Shown: positions 45,381 through 56,807, counted from the first letter of the stretch. The stretch is DNA of 64,000 bases from Asaia bogorensis (GCA_943367855.1 CALRKH020000001.1:365-64364); one strand, 5' to 3'. Translations and numbers: made by a program. Notes: generated by a model from the sequence alone, not told the origin.

Positions 45381-46661
45381 ATGACACCACAGAAAATAAT
45401 AATGGGCGCTAATGGCCGACTTGAAGTACCTAACAACCCTATCATACCCTTTATAGAAGGTGATGGTATTGGGCCTGATGTATGGCGAGCTAGCCGTTTA
45501 GTAATAGACGACGCAGTAGAGCATGTTTATGCTGGTTCAAGGAAGATTGAGTGGAAAGAAATGCTTGCAGGTGAAAAGGCGTTTAACCTTACTGGAGAAT
45601 GGTTGCCAGCTGATACACTAAGTACTGCGCGTGAATACCTTATTTCTATAAAAGGCCCACTTACTACACCCGTGGGAGGGGGTATAAGGTCACTTAATGT
45701 AGCTATGCGTCAAGAGCTAGACTTGTATGTATGCTTAAGACCTATAAAATGGTACACAGGAGTACCCTCTCCAGTTGTTCATCCTGAAAATGTAAATCTT
45801 ACAATATTCAGAGAAAATACAGAAGATATTTATGCTGGTATAGAATTCAGTGAGGGTAGTGAAGAAGTAAAAAAGTTGATTTCTTTTTTGAATAATGAAT
45901 TGGGAGTTGGGAGGAAAATACGATTCCCTGAGTCTTCTGCTCTCGGAATAAAACCAGTTTCTAAAGACGGGTCTGAGCGGCTTATTCGATCCGCAATTCA
46001 ATATGCAGTTGATAATAATTTGCCCTCTGTCGCAATCGTACACAAGGGTAATATTATGAAATTCACTGAAGGGGGTTTCAAAATTTGGGGATACGAACTG
46101 GCAGAAAGAGAATATGGCGATAAAGTTTTCACTTGGAATAGCTGGGAAAAAATCAAAAAAGAAAAAGGCGAACAAGTTGCCAATGATGCAATGATGGCTG
46201 CTCAAGCTTCAGGTAAGGTTATTATTAAAGATGTAATAGCTGATAATTTTCTACAACAATTATTATTAGCACCTCAAGAATACTCGGTAGTAGCTACTTT
46301 AAACTTAAATGGGGATTATATTTCTGATGCTGCTGCTGCAGCTGTAGGAGGCATTGGCATTTCACCAGGCGCCAATATAAACTACCTAACAGGACATGCT
46401 GTTTTTGAAGCAACTCATGGCACAGCCCCACGTTTTGCCAATACAAATACTATGAATCCATCGTCATTATTACTAAGTGGTGTAATGATGCTAGAATATA
46501 TTGGCTGGACCGAAGCTGCAAAGCATATTGAAGCTGCAATTTCAAAAACAATATTGAGTAAAAAAGTTACCATAGACTTTTATAATCTGATGGAAGGAGC
46601 GATGCTTTTGAAAACTAGTGAGTTTGCAGAAGAGATAATTAAAAACGGGAAAAAGGTGTAA
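45381..46661 (+). CDS. icd: NADP-dependent isocitrate dehydrogenase
   Basis: [50 protein letters not shown] and EATHGTAP. Confidence 0.97.
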   Translation: MTPQKIIMGANGRLEVPNNPIIPFIEGDGIGPDVWRASRLVIDDAVEHVYAGSRKIEWKEMLAGEKAFNLTGEWLPADTLSTAREYLISIKGPLTTPVGGGIRSLNVAMRQELDLYVCLRPIKWYTGVPSPVVHPENVNLTIFRENTEDIYAGIEFSEGSEEVKKLISFLNNELGVGRKIRFPESSALGIKPVSKDGSERLIRSAIQYAVDNNLPSVAIVHKGNIMKFTEGGFKIWGYELAEREYGDKVFTWNSWEKIKKEKGEQVANDAMMAAQASGKVIIKDVIADNFLQQLLLAPQEYSVVATLNLNGDYISDAAAAAVGGIGISPGANINYLTGHAVFEATHGTAPRFANTNTMNPSSLLLSGVMMLEYIGWTEAAKHIEAAISKTILSKKVTIDFYNLMEGAMLLKTSEFAEEIIKNGKKV

Positions 46662-46787
46662 AAAATAGTTATCAATCATGTTACAAAATAACCAAGACTC
46701 ATAATTTTGAATTTGGGTTATTTCATTTTACTACTAGTTGATTTAACTAACCCATTTTGCCTTTACATTTGTGTCTTATCTTCTTTA

Positions 46788-47471
46788 ATGATGAATACCC
46801 CAAACTCATTTGCGTCGTATTTTGACCACACCCTGTTAAAGCAAACAACTACAGCTTCAGAGGTTGATAAAATTTGTGTCGAAGCATCTATATCTGGATT
46901 TGCATCTGTGTGCATACCTCCCAAATATGTGATAGGTGCGCATAAGCTTCTAGATGGTTCAAGAGTAAAAGTAGCAACTGTTATCGGCTTCCCTTTGGGT
47001 TACGGCGGCAAAGATGTCAAAGCAATGGAAATACAAGAAGCCATAGATATGGGCGCTGATGAGTTGGATATGGTTATAGATCTATGTGCTTTAAAGAGCG
47101 GCGACTGGTCTCAGCTTGAAAGAGAAATTGAAACATGTTTGAAACCTGCATCAAAAGCAGGCAAAGTTTTGAAAGTGATAGTAGAGAGCGGGATGCTAAC
47201 TGATACCGAATTAATAACATGTTGTCAACTGTATGGCAAATATGACATAGATTTCATGAAAACCTCTACTGGTTTTTCAGGTATTGGCGCCACGGTGCAT
47301 GCAGTAAAAATAATGAGAGAACACTTACCTCATAGAATCCAAATTAAAGCATCTGGCGGCATCTCCACTTACACTTTTGCAAAGCAATTGATAGATGCTG
47401 GTGCGACAAGACTAGGGTGTAGTCAGAGCATTAAAATAATGAAAGAATATAAGGAGGCTAACCATTTATAG
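46788..47471 (+). CDS. deoC: Deoxyribose-phosphate aldolase
   Basis: DHTLLK, TVIGFPLG, GADELDMV, LKVIVE, FMKTSTG and IKASGGI. A TACATTTG promoter element at 46764-46771 supports this start. Confidence 0.96.
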   Translation: MMNTPNSFASYFDHTLLKQTTTASEVDKICVEASISGFASVCIPPKYVIGAHKLLDGSRVKVATVIGFPLGYGGKDVKAMEIQEAIDMGADELDMVIDLCALKSGDWSQLEREIETCLKPASKAGKVLKVIVESGMLTDTELITCCQLYGKYDIDFMKTSTGFSGIGATVHAVKIMREHLPHRIQIKASGGISTYTFAKQLIDAGATRLGCSQSIKIMKEYKEANHL

Positions 47472-47620
47472 TGTATTCAACTAGCACATTATTTCGATAA
47501 TGGGTTTACTTAAAAAGCATCATCAGCCTCAATTCTCTTAAGTACTATTACAAAGGCTAGATATTTTTGCTGCTATGAAACAGTAAAGTACTTCACTATA
47601 TGATGACCAATTAGTTAAAA

Positions 47621-47658
47621 AAAATAACGCTGGATGTTCTATAATCCAGCGTTATTTT
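47621..47658. terminator. Intrinsic terminator (15-bp perfect stem)
   Basis: AAAATAACGCTGGAT-gttctata-ATCCAGCGTTATTTT. Confidence 0.85.
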
Positions 47659-47700
47659 AATATTCTAAGTCAGACAAAGAAAAATAAAACAAAAACAAAA

Positions 47701-48447
47701 TTAGGGCTTTAAATACAACTTGCTTTTGGCAATACCCATTTTGTGAAACCAATGTGTCATAGAGACTCTTAGTACCCCCCTACCATATTTCATACTACGT
47801 TTGAAATTGATACTTGACGCTTCTTCAAAATACTTAGTTGGACAAGTTACTTCTGCAATCTCAAAGCCGTTCATAAAAATTTGAGAAATCATTTCATTGT
47901 CAAAAACAAAATCATCACTATTATGTGAAAAGTTAATAGATCTAATAACATCGGCACTAAATGCACGGTAACCAGTGTGATACTCACTCAACTTTTGTCC
48001 AATCATTATGTTTTCAAAAAGCGTAAGACATCTGTTAAAGATATACTTGTACATTGGCATACCACCTTTAAGCGCACCTTTACCCAATATACGTGAAGCC
48101 AACACAACAGGATATACATCCATTGCAATAATGCTTGACATAGCATGAATTAACTTTGGAGTATACTGATAATCTGGATGCAGCATTATTACAATATCAG
48201 CACCTAACTCCAGAGCCTTCTTGTAACAGCTTTTCTGATTGCCACCGTAGCCCTTATTTACCTCGTGTTTAATAATATGCTTGATTCCTAATCTCTTTCC
48301 TTCACCTACAGTATCATCTCTACTATTGTCGTCAACGAGTACTACGTCATCAACAATATCAAAAGGAATTTCCTTGTATGTTCGTTCCAAAGTTAGGGCT
48401 GCATTATAAGCAGGGAGTACGATTACTATTTTCTTACCGTTAAGCAT
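47701..48447 (-). CDS. Glycosyltransferase family 2
   Basis: VVIVLPAYNA-type start (IVIVLPAYNA), LVDDNSRD, NKGYGG, HPDYQY, and YHTGYRAF. Confidence 0.93.
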   Translation of the reverse strand: MLNGKKIVIVLPAYNAALTLERTYKEIPFDIVDDVVLVDDNSRDDTVGEGKRLGIKHIIKHEVNKGYGGNQKSCYKKALELGADIVIMLHPDYQYTPKLIHAMSSIIAMDVYPVVLASRILGKGALKGGMPMYKYIFNRCLTLFENIMIGQKLSEYHTGYRAFSADVIRSINFSHNSDDFVFDNEMISQIFMNGFEIAEVTCPTKYFEEASSINFKRSMKYGRGVLRVSMTHWFHKMGIAKSKLYLKP

Positions 48448-48492
48448 ATCTGGCGGCAAAAGTAATATTTATGGTCAATTATTCAGAGTAAT

Positions 48493-49491
48493 CTATCTAA
48501 TAACAGTCAATTTGCCAGATTTGGTTTTAAATCCTGCTGAATCCAGTACCAGATAGAAGTAGCTACCTATTGGCAAATCTGCAATTGTCAAAACACCATT
48601 CTGTGGAACATCTTTAGTCATGACTACCCTACCTGAAAGGTCTGTAAATTTAATGCTTGCATTTTCGAGCAAGCCGCTAATAATAATTTGATTATTAGCG
48701 GGATTGGGAGTAACAACTATATCCTCTTTGAATACTGAATTTACAACAACAGGGTTAGTTACCCCAGTCATACTTACGTCATCTACATACATAGTGCTAC
48801 TATCCAATGCATTTGCACCACTACTTGCAAAAATGACTCTCACTTTGGTAATAGGAACATCATCTACAGTATAATTTACATTGGCTGTGACCTGATAATA
48901 TGTAGAAGATGGCGCAACTGATGCAAAACCTACTCCAACAACTGAGTCAACCCCACCTATATCAGCAATTGCCTGAACTGTTACAGCTCCAGAATCATCA
49001 CCACCCATCATACCTGTTGCTGTGTCTATGCCAGGCGAGTAAGCAACCCATGCACTTACACTAGTCACTTTATAAGTTACAGGCGTTCCCCCATTAAATG
49101 AAATTGCACTCATAGGATCAGCTCCACCAATAATTGCAAATACATTGACACTAACACTAGCATCAGAGAGTAGACCAGGAAAAAAACCAAGTGTATCCTG
49201 CTTGCGGGTCATTAACTTAGCAGCAGATGAACCTCCATGTATGAATGTAGACTCTTGTGACACCTGTGCATTCCAATCGGAACCTGCACCTATCAATGAC
49301 CCAAAAGATTGTCCCAACGCTATAATTAAAGAATCGAAACCATACCAACTATTAGGAGCTTTGACCGTTATAGAAGGTGATGTGCCAGAGGTACGAGTAC
49401 GCCAAGCTTCCATACCTGCATTAGGAAATGTTTGTGCTTCTAGAGAGTAACTGCCTAATAAAATGGCAGCAAAGGCGATGATTTTTTTCAT
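48493..49491 (-). CDS. T9SS type A cargo protein (N-terminal carbohydrate-binding-like beta domain)
   Basis: Signal peptide; FPNAGMEAW start of the mature domain; C-terminal sorting domain VTPNPANNQI...DLSGRVV...GSYFYLV. Confidence 0.82.
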   Translation of the reverse strand: MKKIIAFAAILLGSYSLEAQTFPNAGMEAWRTRTSGTSPSITVKAPNSWYGFDSLIIALGQSFGSLIGAGSDWNAQVSQESTFIHGGSSAAKLMTRKQDTLGFFPGLLSDASVSVNVFAIIGGADPMSAISFNGGTPVTYKVTSVSAWVAYSPGIDTATGMMGGDDSGAVTVQAIADIGGVDSVVGVGFASVAPSSTYYQVTANVNYTVDDVPITKVRVIFASSGANALDSSTMYVDDVSMTGVTNPVVVNSVFKEDIVVTPNPANNQIIISGLLENASIKFTDLSGRVVMTKDVPQNGVLTIADLPIGSYFYLVLDSAGFKTKSGKLTVIR

Positions 49492-49529
49492 TGAAAATTG
49501 TTTTTGAATGTGGGATTAGATGTACAAAT

Positions 49530-50000
49530 TTAATTAAGAGACTTCAAACAATCCATTATTGCCTGAAAATCAGGTAGTTCACCCGCATTCTCTAACACCT
49601 CAGCATGTTTAATAATCCCATTACTGTCTACTACGAATGCTGCTCTTTTACTTACCCCTTCCATATCATTAAAGAAAGTATCATATATAGCTTCGTAAGC
49701 TCTCGAAGTTGTTTTATTAAAGTCGCTTAACAAACCAAAGTTGAGATTTTGTTCTTCTTTGAACTTTGCTAATGAGAAAATGGAATCAACTGATATACCA
49801 TATACAGTAGCGTTCAAACTATTGTAAATCGACATATTATCTCTAGTCATACACAATTCTTTGGTGCAAACCCCTGTAAAAGCCAAAGGGAAAAATAATA
49901 AAACTACATTTTTGCCTCTTTGGTCAGCTAGGCTTACTATATTTTTATCTGTGTCACGAAGTAAAAAATTAGGCGCTAGTTGTCCTATCTGAATTGCCAT
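49530..50000 (-). CDS. Peroxiredoxin (AhpC/TSA redoxin family)
   Basis: APNFLL, FFPLAFTGVCTKELC (peroxidatic Cys), GISVDS, LLSDFN and KRAAFVVD. Confidence 0.92.
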   Translation of the reverse strand: MAIQIGQLAPNFLLRDTDKNIVSLADQRGKNVVLLFFPLAFTGVCTKELCMTRDNMSIYNSLNATVYGISVDSIFSLAKFKEEQNLNFGLLSDFNKTTSRAYEAIYDTFFNDMEGVSKRAAFVVDSNGIIKHAEVLENAGELPDFQAIMDCLKSLN

Positions 50001-50129
50001 ACTTATAGATTTTTGATAAAGGTAACATCTTGATTGTGAATATCTTACTTCAAGTTGTATCAAATGTGTATAAGCAACTGAATTCTGCTAAAATATTGTG
50101 AACGTCAATCTCTGAGTAATCAAATAGGC

Positions 50130-50528
50130 ATGCTTTTTGATACTATGACTAAAAACCAACTCTATATGCGTTTCTCAATCGGCATCTTGGCCTCATTAAT
50201 TTTTGTCACTTCTTGCGTAAAAAAAAGTGCTACACCTCCCCCCGATACTGTAATTAGAACAGGGAAAGTAATTAACTCAATTTGTGGCAATACCACTATT
50301 CAATTCACTGATGGATCGCCATATGGACAAATGGGATGGCAACCAGAAGGGGACTCCATTGTATACAACCACGTTTTTAGAGTGGCTAACCCGTGTAATG
50401 TAGGAGATTTAATCGTTAATTCAACTGTTAGGTTTAGGTTTGTACCGGCCAGTCCTCAAAATTGCGTACAATGTATGGCTTGGGGACCAACACCAAATAC
50501 CGCATATAATATCCAAATATTGCCTTAA
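50130..50528 (+). CDS. Small hypothetical lipoprotein with four mature-domain Cys
   Basis: Lipobox VTSC followed by NSICG, NPCN and CVQCMAWGPTP; the start may be ATG 50145. Confidence 0.65.
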   Translation: MLFDTMTKNQLYMRFSIGILASLIFVTSCVKKSATPPPDTVIRTGKVINSICGNTTIQFTDGSPYGQMGWQPEGDSIVYNHVFRVANPCNVGDLIVNSTVRFRFVPASPQNCVQCMAWGPTPNTAYNIQILP

Positions 50529-50530
50529 AA

Positions 50531-52594
50531 CTAGGCTTTTGAAGAGGGGAAAGTAATATGGAATGTTGTCCCTTTCCCCTCTTCACTTTCAAACCATATT
50601 TTACCATTATGTGCCTTGATGATCTGCTGAGAAATTGACAAGCCTAGCCCATGAGGAACTTCCCCAGCAGTTCCCGTTCTCTTAGCATCGGTAAACATAT
50701 CAAAGATAATATCCTGATTATCCTTTGATATTCCAATACCAGTATCTGTCACTTTAATATGTGCATTACCGTTATCATTGTAAACTTCCACAATAATGAT
50801 AGTTCCTTCGTAGCTAAATTTGATAGCATTTGTCACCAAATTACTTACCACTCTTTTTATTTTATCACCAAATATCCTAGCCTCTAACTTTTCCTCTGAA
50901 AATCTAGTTATTATACGTTGTTTCTTTTCTTGGGCTCTATAATTGAGGAGTTCAACACATTTTGCAACTAAGTGATTAACTTCAATATTTTCTTTAAAAG
51001 CTTCAAGCTCATTTTCATCTTGTGCTGCTTCAAGTATGTCTCTACTCAGCGTTAAAGAACTATTACCAGCATCTTTTATTAAAGCAACTATCTCTTTCTG
51101 TTCATTATCCAGACTAGCAGTTTCCTGCTGCAGAATATCAGCTAATGAAACTATAGCAGCTATTGGGTTCATAATATCATGCGCTACAGAGCGTAATATC
51201 CTCACCTTATCTTTTTCTCGTTGCTCCAATAGAACCAATGTGTCTTCTAATTGTATTTTTTGATTCTTTATTACATTATTTGCCAACTTGAGCTGTTCTA
51301 ATTGTTTTTTTCGCCTTTGACCATTTCGCCAAACAAAAACAATAACCAGAATGGATAATGCAGCTAAAGTGCATGCACCGATTAGGTATAATTTCTGCGT
51401 ATGTTTATCTTTTAGTAGCAAATCTATACTATGTTGCTTCTCTATATCTTTAACTCTCATATCGAGATCGGTTTCGAGTAAAGCTTTTTTGGACTGTTGA
51501 ATCGAGTCGCGGGAAGATAAATATATAGTAAGATGCCTATATGCAGCCAAGGTATCTCCTATGCCAACTTTATATTGCCACATTAACTTGTGCCAATACA
51601 TTTCTATATTCTTATCTAGTATAGTATCTAGTTCTATCTTAACTAGGGATAAGACATTATTAGCATCTTGTAATCGAGCATTTTTCAGATATAAATCAGC
51701 TAATTTAGCTTGAGTAATTAGAGCATCATTGTTGGTATAACCCTTCTGTAAATTGATGGCTATGCTTCTTTTATACAACAAGATTGCAGAATCAAGATTT
51801 CCTAGTTTTCTATATACTTCGGCCATATTACCCATCACTACTGCTTTGGGAGCTTCATACACACTTATTTGTTTGTGTGGATAAATTCCTGTGTTTGCGT
51901 CGAGATAAATCAGGGCTTGCTTAAAATATTTAATTGAACTATCAAACTGTTCAATATTACTGTAACAAAGTCCAATATTGTCTAAAACCTCTTGTCTGAA
52001 ATAAAACTGATTGAAATCTTCATTGCAAATCATAGCTTGCCTTAACGCTTCTTTGAAATGTTGCGCTGATTCCAGATATCTACTTTGCTTATACAAAGCC
52101 ATAGCCAGACTATAACTATAAGTACGAAGTGCACAACTATCTTTATTTTCGGTAGCTAGTTTACGTGCCAAAAAGTAATTATGATATGCTTCTGCATATA
52201 ATCCCATGTTGAACAATGCATCTGCCTTGGTGTTATAAGCTGTTATAATCCATTTATCAAGCTCAGGCGACTTTTTCTCGAGCAATAGCATATCGAGTAT
52301 ACTGTCGGATATGGCAATGCTAGCTGAGAAATTTAGTTGTCTGTTATACCTAATATTGGCAAATGTGTAATAATTGAAATGATCAGCCAGAGTTAAGTTT
52401 GAAATAGACATATGTTTTTCATAAACAAAAGCCATTGCCTGCTCACGATATCCAGAATCAAATCTTAATTCAGCTAATCTTATAACACTGTCAAATACAG
52501 GTGAACTTTTTAGATTATCAGTTGTACTATTTTGACAAGAGCACATGGCCCAAAAGCAGCTCCAAAATGCCAGTAATAAAAGATAGCGCCTCAT
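50531..52594 (-). CDS. TPR-containing sensor histidine kinase
   Basis: Periplasmic TPR-like region, a TM helix, H-box VAHDIMNP, N-box NLVTNAIKF, and DTGIG / GLGLSI G-boxes. Confidence 0.92.
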   Translation of the reverse strand: MRRYLLLLAFWSCFWAMCSCQNSTTDNLKSSPVFDSVIRLAELRFDSGYREQAMAFVYEKHMSISNLTLADHFNYYTFANIRYNRQLNFSASIAISDSILDMLLLEKKSPELDKWIITAYNTKADALFNMGLYAEAYHNYFLARKLATENKDSCALRTYSYSLAMALYKQSRYLESAQHFKEALRQAMICNEDFNQFYFRQEVLDNIGLCYSNIEQFDSSIKYFKQALIYLDANTGIYPHKQISVYEAPKAVVMGNMAEVYRKLGNLDSAILLYKRSIAINLQKGYTNNDALITQAKLADLYLKNARLQDANNVLSLVKIELDTILDKNIEMYWHKLMWQYKVGIGDTLAAYRHLTIYLSSRDSIQQSKKALLETDLDMRVKDIEKQHSIDLLLKDKHTQKLYLIGACTLAALSILVIVFVWRNGQRRKKQLEQLKLANNVIKNQKIQLEDTLVLLEQREKDKVRILRSVAHDIMNPIAAIVSLADILQQETASLDNEQKEIVALIKDAGNSSLTLSRDILEAAQDENELEAFKENIEVNHLVAKCVELLNYRAQEKKQRIITRFSEEKLEARIFGDKIKRVVSNLVTNAIKFSYEGTIIIVEVYNDNGNAHIKVTDTGIGISKDNQDIIFDMFTDAKRTGTAGEVPHGLGLSISQQIIKAHNGKIWFESEEGKGTTFHITFPSSKA

Positions 52595-52650
52595 ACCTCG
52601 GTAATAACCATGCGGAAATTAAGCATAAAAAATTAGCCCAATAAATATGC

Positions 52651-54564
52651 TTATCTTCTAACTATAACTTCCACTCTTCTATTGCGATATCTCCCTTCTT
52701 CTGTATCATTGGGAGCTATAGGATTTGCTTCACCCCAACCTTTAGCCTCAACATTTGCAGGCTCAAAACCATTACTAAGAATCTCATCGCGTACTATTTT
52801 GGCACGTTTGAATGATAGACCTTCGTTCAACATAGGATTACCACTATTGTCCGTATATGCATTAACATATACTATTATTTGCTGCTCATATATCCAGGGA
52901 GATACCATTTCTGAAATCTTCTGCTTTTCCTGCTTTGATAATTCAGTAACATTTGCATCAAAATTTACTGTTAATATCACACTGTCTTTTATAGGCTTCA
53001 ATGGGTTGTAACCTACTGGTAGCATAGCTACATTGTGTGTCATAGGTATAAATCTGAAACTTTCATCAAACTTCAAAGTGTCTAATACAGGCTGATAACC
53101 CATGTGGGCAGAAGACAAAATATATGTGTTACCCGCTTCTAAAGTTATGATATAGCTAGCGTCGCCTCTATTACTCCTCAATTCAAAAAGCGTATCACTA
53201 GTTGTTAATTCCATTATATGCATTGCAGCGCTATTAAGTAATTCGCCTGTAATGCTATCCCTTACCGTACCTTGTAAATAACTAACAGCAGCTGGTGCAA
53301 TTTTATTGGATATTACGGCTCTATATATATCATAATTACCAGCTGGGCCTCCCCTATCTGAAGCAATATAAAGCGCAGATCCATCTAGTGAACTAAATGC
53401 GCTTTTTTCATCAAACTGTGTATTGAGCGGATATCCTAGATTTATAGATTTTGACCAGGAACCATTTTTCTGCCTTCGAGACATGAAAATATCTGTACCT
53501 CCTACACTTGGCCAACCATCACTAGTAAAGTATAATGTTTTATTGTCTGCAGCTAAATATGGAGCTATGTCATTACCTGTAGAATTGATATTAGGGCCAG
53601 CATTTTGGGGCAATTGCCAAACACCATTTTCGAAAGTACTTATCCATATATCGTAACCTCCATACCCGCCTAAACGATCGCTAACAAAGAACAATTCTCT
53701 CACATCGGGCGATACAGCAGGCATACCTTCATATGCTGTAGTATTAATGGTACCTCCAAATGGTTGACCAATTGTCCACTCTCCATCTAATCTAGTTCTG
53801 TATGCAATAAACATATCGCAGCCACCCTCTGCCCAACCATTTTCGCTTCTATTGTCACATCTAGTATAAAACAAGTAATGACCATCGGCTGAAATACATT
53901 GGGAAGACTCCTGACTCGATGAGTTGGGAGGAACACCTGCGTTATCTGCCCTCAACCAGCCCCCACAAGAGTCGGCTAGGGCATAAAACAAATCTTCATC
54001 AATATTGTTGATTCTGCGTGTAAAGAATAAAGCCTGACTGTCAACAGCCATTGAAGGAAACAGTTCTGGGTATACTGAATTGACACGAGGACCTAATGAA
54101 ATTGGCCAATTTCCACTATTGTTATATAAAGCCTCTACAGCATAGGTTGCATCTCGCTCTATTAACTTCCAATCTAGCGAATCTAACCCGGGTCTTGCTG
54201 CTTTAGCGTAAGCCAAGGCCTCAGCAGGTCTACCTGTATACAAATAACTTTTAGCTAGTGGTTTTGCAAAAATAGATTTTCCGTTTTTGCAATTTGCAGA
54301 TGCACGCCTAAATGTACGAAGCGCCAATTCGAATTCGTGCCCTTCGAAATACCATTGTCCTAACAGACTGTATGCCTCTGCATTAATAGAATCTCGCTTT
54401 ATGCTTCGTTCCATATATCTACAAGCTCGGGTATAATCTTTTACAGCTTTTGCTGTTAATGCTTTATTGAAATCTCTTGCAGCTAATTTGGCACGACGAT
54501 TACTACCAAAAAGTAAAATAACTGGCAAGAACAAAAAACATAATGTAGCAAGCAGTATGCGCAT
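52651..54564 (-). CDS. OmpA-family protein with TPR and PD40 repeats (PorE-like architecture)
   Basis: Repeated PD40 motifs (E..P...D...LFF), C-terminal YTDNSG....N..LS..RA and GEANPIAPNDTEEGRYRNRRVE. Confidence 0.88.
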   Translation of the reverse strand: MRILLATLCFLFLPVILLFGSNRRAKLAARDFNKALTAKAVKDYTRACRYMERSIKRDSINAEAYSLLGQWYFEGHEFELALRTFRRASANCKNGKSIFAKPLAKSYLYTGRPAEALAYAKAARPGLDSLDWKLIERDATYAVEALYNNSGNWPISLGPRVNSVYPELFPSMAVDSQALFFTRRINNIDEDLFYALADSCGGWLRADNAGVPPNSSSQESSQCISADGHYLFYTRCDNRSENGWAEGGCDMFIAYRTRLDGEWTIGQPFGGTINTTAYEGMPAVSPDVRELFFVSDRLGGYGGYDIWISTFENGVWQLPQNAGPNINSTGNDIAPYLAADNKTLYFTSDGWPSVGGTDIFMSRRQKNGSWSKSINLGYPLNTQFDEKSAFSSLDGSALYIASDRGGPAGNYDIYRAVISNKIAPAAVSYLQGTVRDSITGELLNSAAMHIMELTTSDTLFELRSNRGDASYIITLEAGNTYILSSAHMGYQPVLDTLKFDESFRFIPMTHNVAMLPVGYNPLKPIKDSVILTVNFDANVTELSKQEKQKISEMVSPWIYEQQIIVYVNAYTDNSGNPMLNEGLSFKRAKIVRDEILSNGFEPANVEAKGWGEANPIAPNDTEEGRYRNRRVEVIVRR

Positions 54565-54681
54565 AAGAGGACTAAAATACTCTAAATAATTTTGATAGTA
54601 CAAAGCCGACTAAATAGACGAACTTTGATATAGACTAAAATGTAAAAAACGGCTACATTCAAGCCTAAATTAAGTTTAACA

Positions 54682-55941
54682 ATGTCAACTTTAATAACTT
54701 GTCCCAATTGTAAAACTAGCTTTGAGCCTGAAGCTGCAATTGCTCAATCAGTAGAAGAAAGAGTGCGTAAAGAATTCAATCAGAAATGGAGTGATTTAAC
54801 TAAAAAGAAAGATGATGAAATAAGAGCTAGGGAACAACAATTAAGAGAAGAAATGCAACGTGAACAGCGTGCAAAAGATGCTCAATATGCAGAAGAAAAG
54901 AGACTATATCAAGCAACACTGCAGCAAGAATTACAATCTAGAATAAAAGGAGACTTTGAGACACAGTTACGATTGCTAGAAGAGACTAATAAAACTAATG
55001 AAGACAGACTGAAAATAGCTAGAGAGCGTGAGTTGGAAATGCTAAAAAAAGAAAAAGAGCTGCAAGACCAGAAAAATGCGATGGAGCTTGAAATTCAAAG
55101 AAAACTTTCAGAGGAGCGTCTAAAAGTGACAGAATCAATACGCAAAGAAGAAGAAGAACGCTTAAAAATGCGAGATGCAGAATTTGCATTAAAACTGCTT
55201 GAAAGAGATAAGCAACTAGAGGCTCAAAAGTTATTGATAGATGAGATGAAGCGCAAAGCAGAACAAGGCTCTATGCAACTGCAAGGTGAGGTACAAGAAT
55301 TGGCCTTAGAGGAACTTTTAACCAATTCATTTCCTTTTGATGTTGTAAACGAAGTTGGCAAGGGTAAACGTGGAGCAGATTGCATTCTTACAGTTAGGAA
55401 TAAATTTGGGCAGGAATGCGGCAAGCTCATTTTTGAAAGTAAACGAACTAAAGATTTCGGTAAAGATTGGATAGAGAAATTGAAAGCTGATATGCGTAGC
55501 CAGGGCATAGAAATAGGCGTTATTGTAACCCAAGCAATGCCTGATGGAATGCTTTCATTTGGTCAGAAAGATGAAATTTGGATTTGTAGTTTCAGCGAAG
55601 TAGTACCAATGGTTTCAATACTGCGCGAACTACTCATCAAGGTTCATACTATAGCTAGAAGTCAGGAAAATAAAGGTGACAAGATGACCCTCTTGTATAA
55701 TTACCTTACTAGTGCCGAATTTGCACATCAATGGAAAGCAATAGCCGAGGGCTTTGGGGCGATGCGAGCTTCAATACTCAAAGAAAGAGAACAAATGGAG
55801 AAGCTTTGGAAAGCTAGAGAGAAGCAACTAGAAAAAGTATTGCTCAATGCAGCTCATATTAGAGGTTCTATTGAAGGTATTGCTGATTTAGATGTTGACT
55901 TAAACCTTACATCTGGAGACAGTAGTTTGTTACTAGAGTAA
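54682..55941 (+). CDS. DUF2130-domain coiled-coil protein
   Basis: N-terminal CPNC, long coiled coil, SMQLQGEVQELALE, KGKRGADC and ESKRTK.F..DWIEKLK.D. Confidence 0.85.
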   Translation: MSTLITCPNCKTSFEPEAAIAQSVEERVRKEFNQKWSDLTKKKDDEIRAREQQLREEMQREQRAKDAQYAEEKRLYQATLQQELQSRIKGDFETQLRLLEETNKTNEDRLKIARERELEMLKKEKELQDQKNAMELEIQRKLSEERLKVTESIRKEEEERLKMRDAEFALKLLERDKQLEAQKLLIDEMKRKAEQGSMQLQGEVQELALEELLTNSFPFDVVNEVGKGKRGADCILTVRNKFGQECGKLIFESKRTKDFGKDWIEKLKADMRSQGIEIGVIVTQAMPDGMLSFGQKDEIWICSFSEVVPMVSILRELLIKVHTIARSQENKGDKMTLLYNYLTSAEFAHQWKAIAEGFGAMRASILKEREQMEKLWKAREKQLEKVLLNAAHIRGSIEGIADLDVDLNLTSGDSSLLLE

Positions 55942-55994
55942 TGAACTAAAAGCTTTTGGGAATACAGTAACAATCTTATTGCGTTATTTACATC

Positions 55995-56804
55995 ATGAAA
56001 AAATTGTTAGTCTTAGTTATTCCACTTTTAGGTTCTCATTTAATTGTAATTGCACAAGGTGAAAACTGGGATACATATTTGGCTATTGTGAAAGGCAAAC
56101 CCTCATCAGTATTGGTAGATATGGGGGCTCGCATAATTTCACCTGACCGTAAACTACCCTATTTAGTAATAACTGGTCCGCATGCACAAAATTGCAACAC
56201 AAAAAACGGCATGCCATCTGTAAGTGAAATACCAGAACTAGAAACACTATTAGATGCTACTACGGGGTATTTGGCAGGAGTAACAGCACGTAAAGTTGTA
56301 GGTACTGTAACCTACAACTGCGAAAGACTTAACTATTATTACGTTAGCGATACCACATCTGTAAGAACTGCTATAAACCGAATGTACAACACCAATTACA
56401 AAGATCGAGCTTTTACTTTGCGTATCACCTCCGACCCTAGCTGGGGTGTTTACAATAACTATCTATATCCAGACAGTGTAACAAAACTGACAATGGAATG
56501 CAATAAAATTATTACCACACAACTTCAAAAAGGAAATGACATAAAGAAAGCGCAATCAATTTTATATTCTTTAGGCTTCCTTTCTGATACAGGCATGCAA
56601 TCTTTTGATTATTGGGCTACTGCTAATGGTTTCAAAACAATTAAGACAAATAAGAGTAATTCATTTGGGACTCTTTGGGAAATAACCATAGAAAAATCTA
56701 TTCTATTAAGCACAGATAGTCTAATTGCTAATCTTAGCAAAATTAAAGGGAATGCAAAAACGCATGGAGGACATGTAAAAAATTGGGGTGCGACTCAAGA
56801 GTAG
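55995..56804 (+). CDS. DUF695-like domain protein
   Basis: ENWDTYL...KP.SV.VD.G, G.VTY.CER..YYY and DP.W..Y..YLYP pattern. Confidence 0.65.
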   Translation: MKKLLVLVIPLLGSHLIVIAQGENWDTYLAIVKGKPSSVLVDMGARIISPDRKLPYLVITGPHAQNCNTKNGMPSVSEIPELETLLDATTGYLAGVTARKVVGTVTYNCERLNYYYVSDTTSVRTAINRMYNTNYKDRAFTLRITSDPSWGVYNNYLYPDSVTKLTMECNKIITTQLQKGNDIKKAQSILYSLGFLSDTGMQSFDYWATANGFKTIKTNKSNSFGTLWEITIEKSILLSTDSLIANLSKIKGNAKTHGGHVKNWGATQE

Positions 56805-56807
56805 GCC

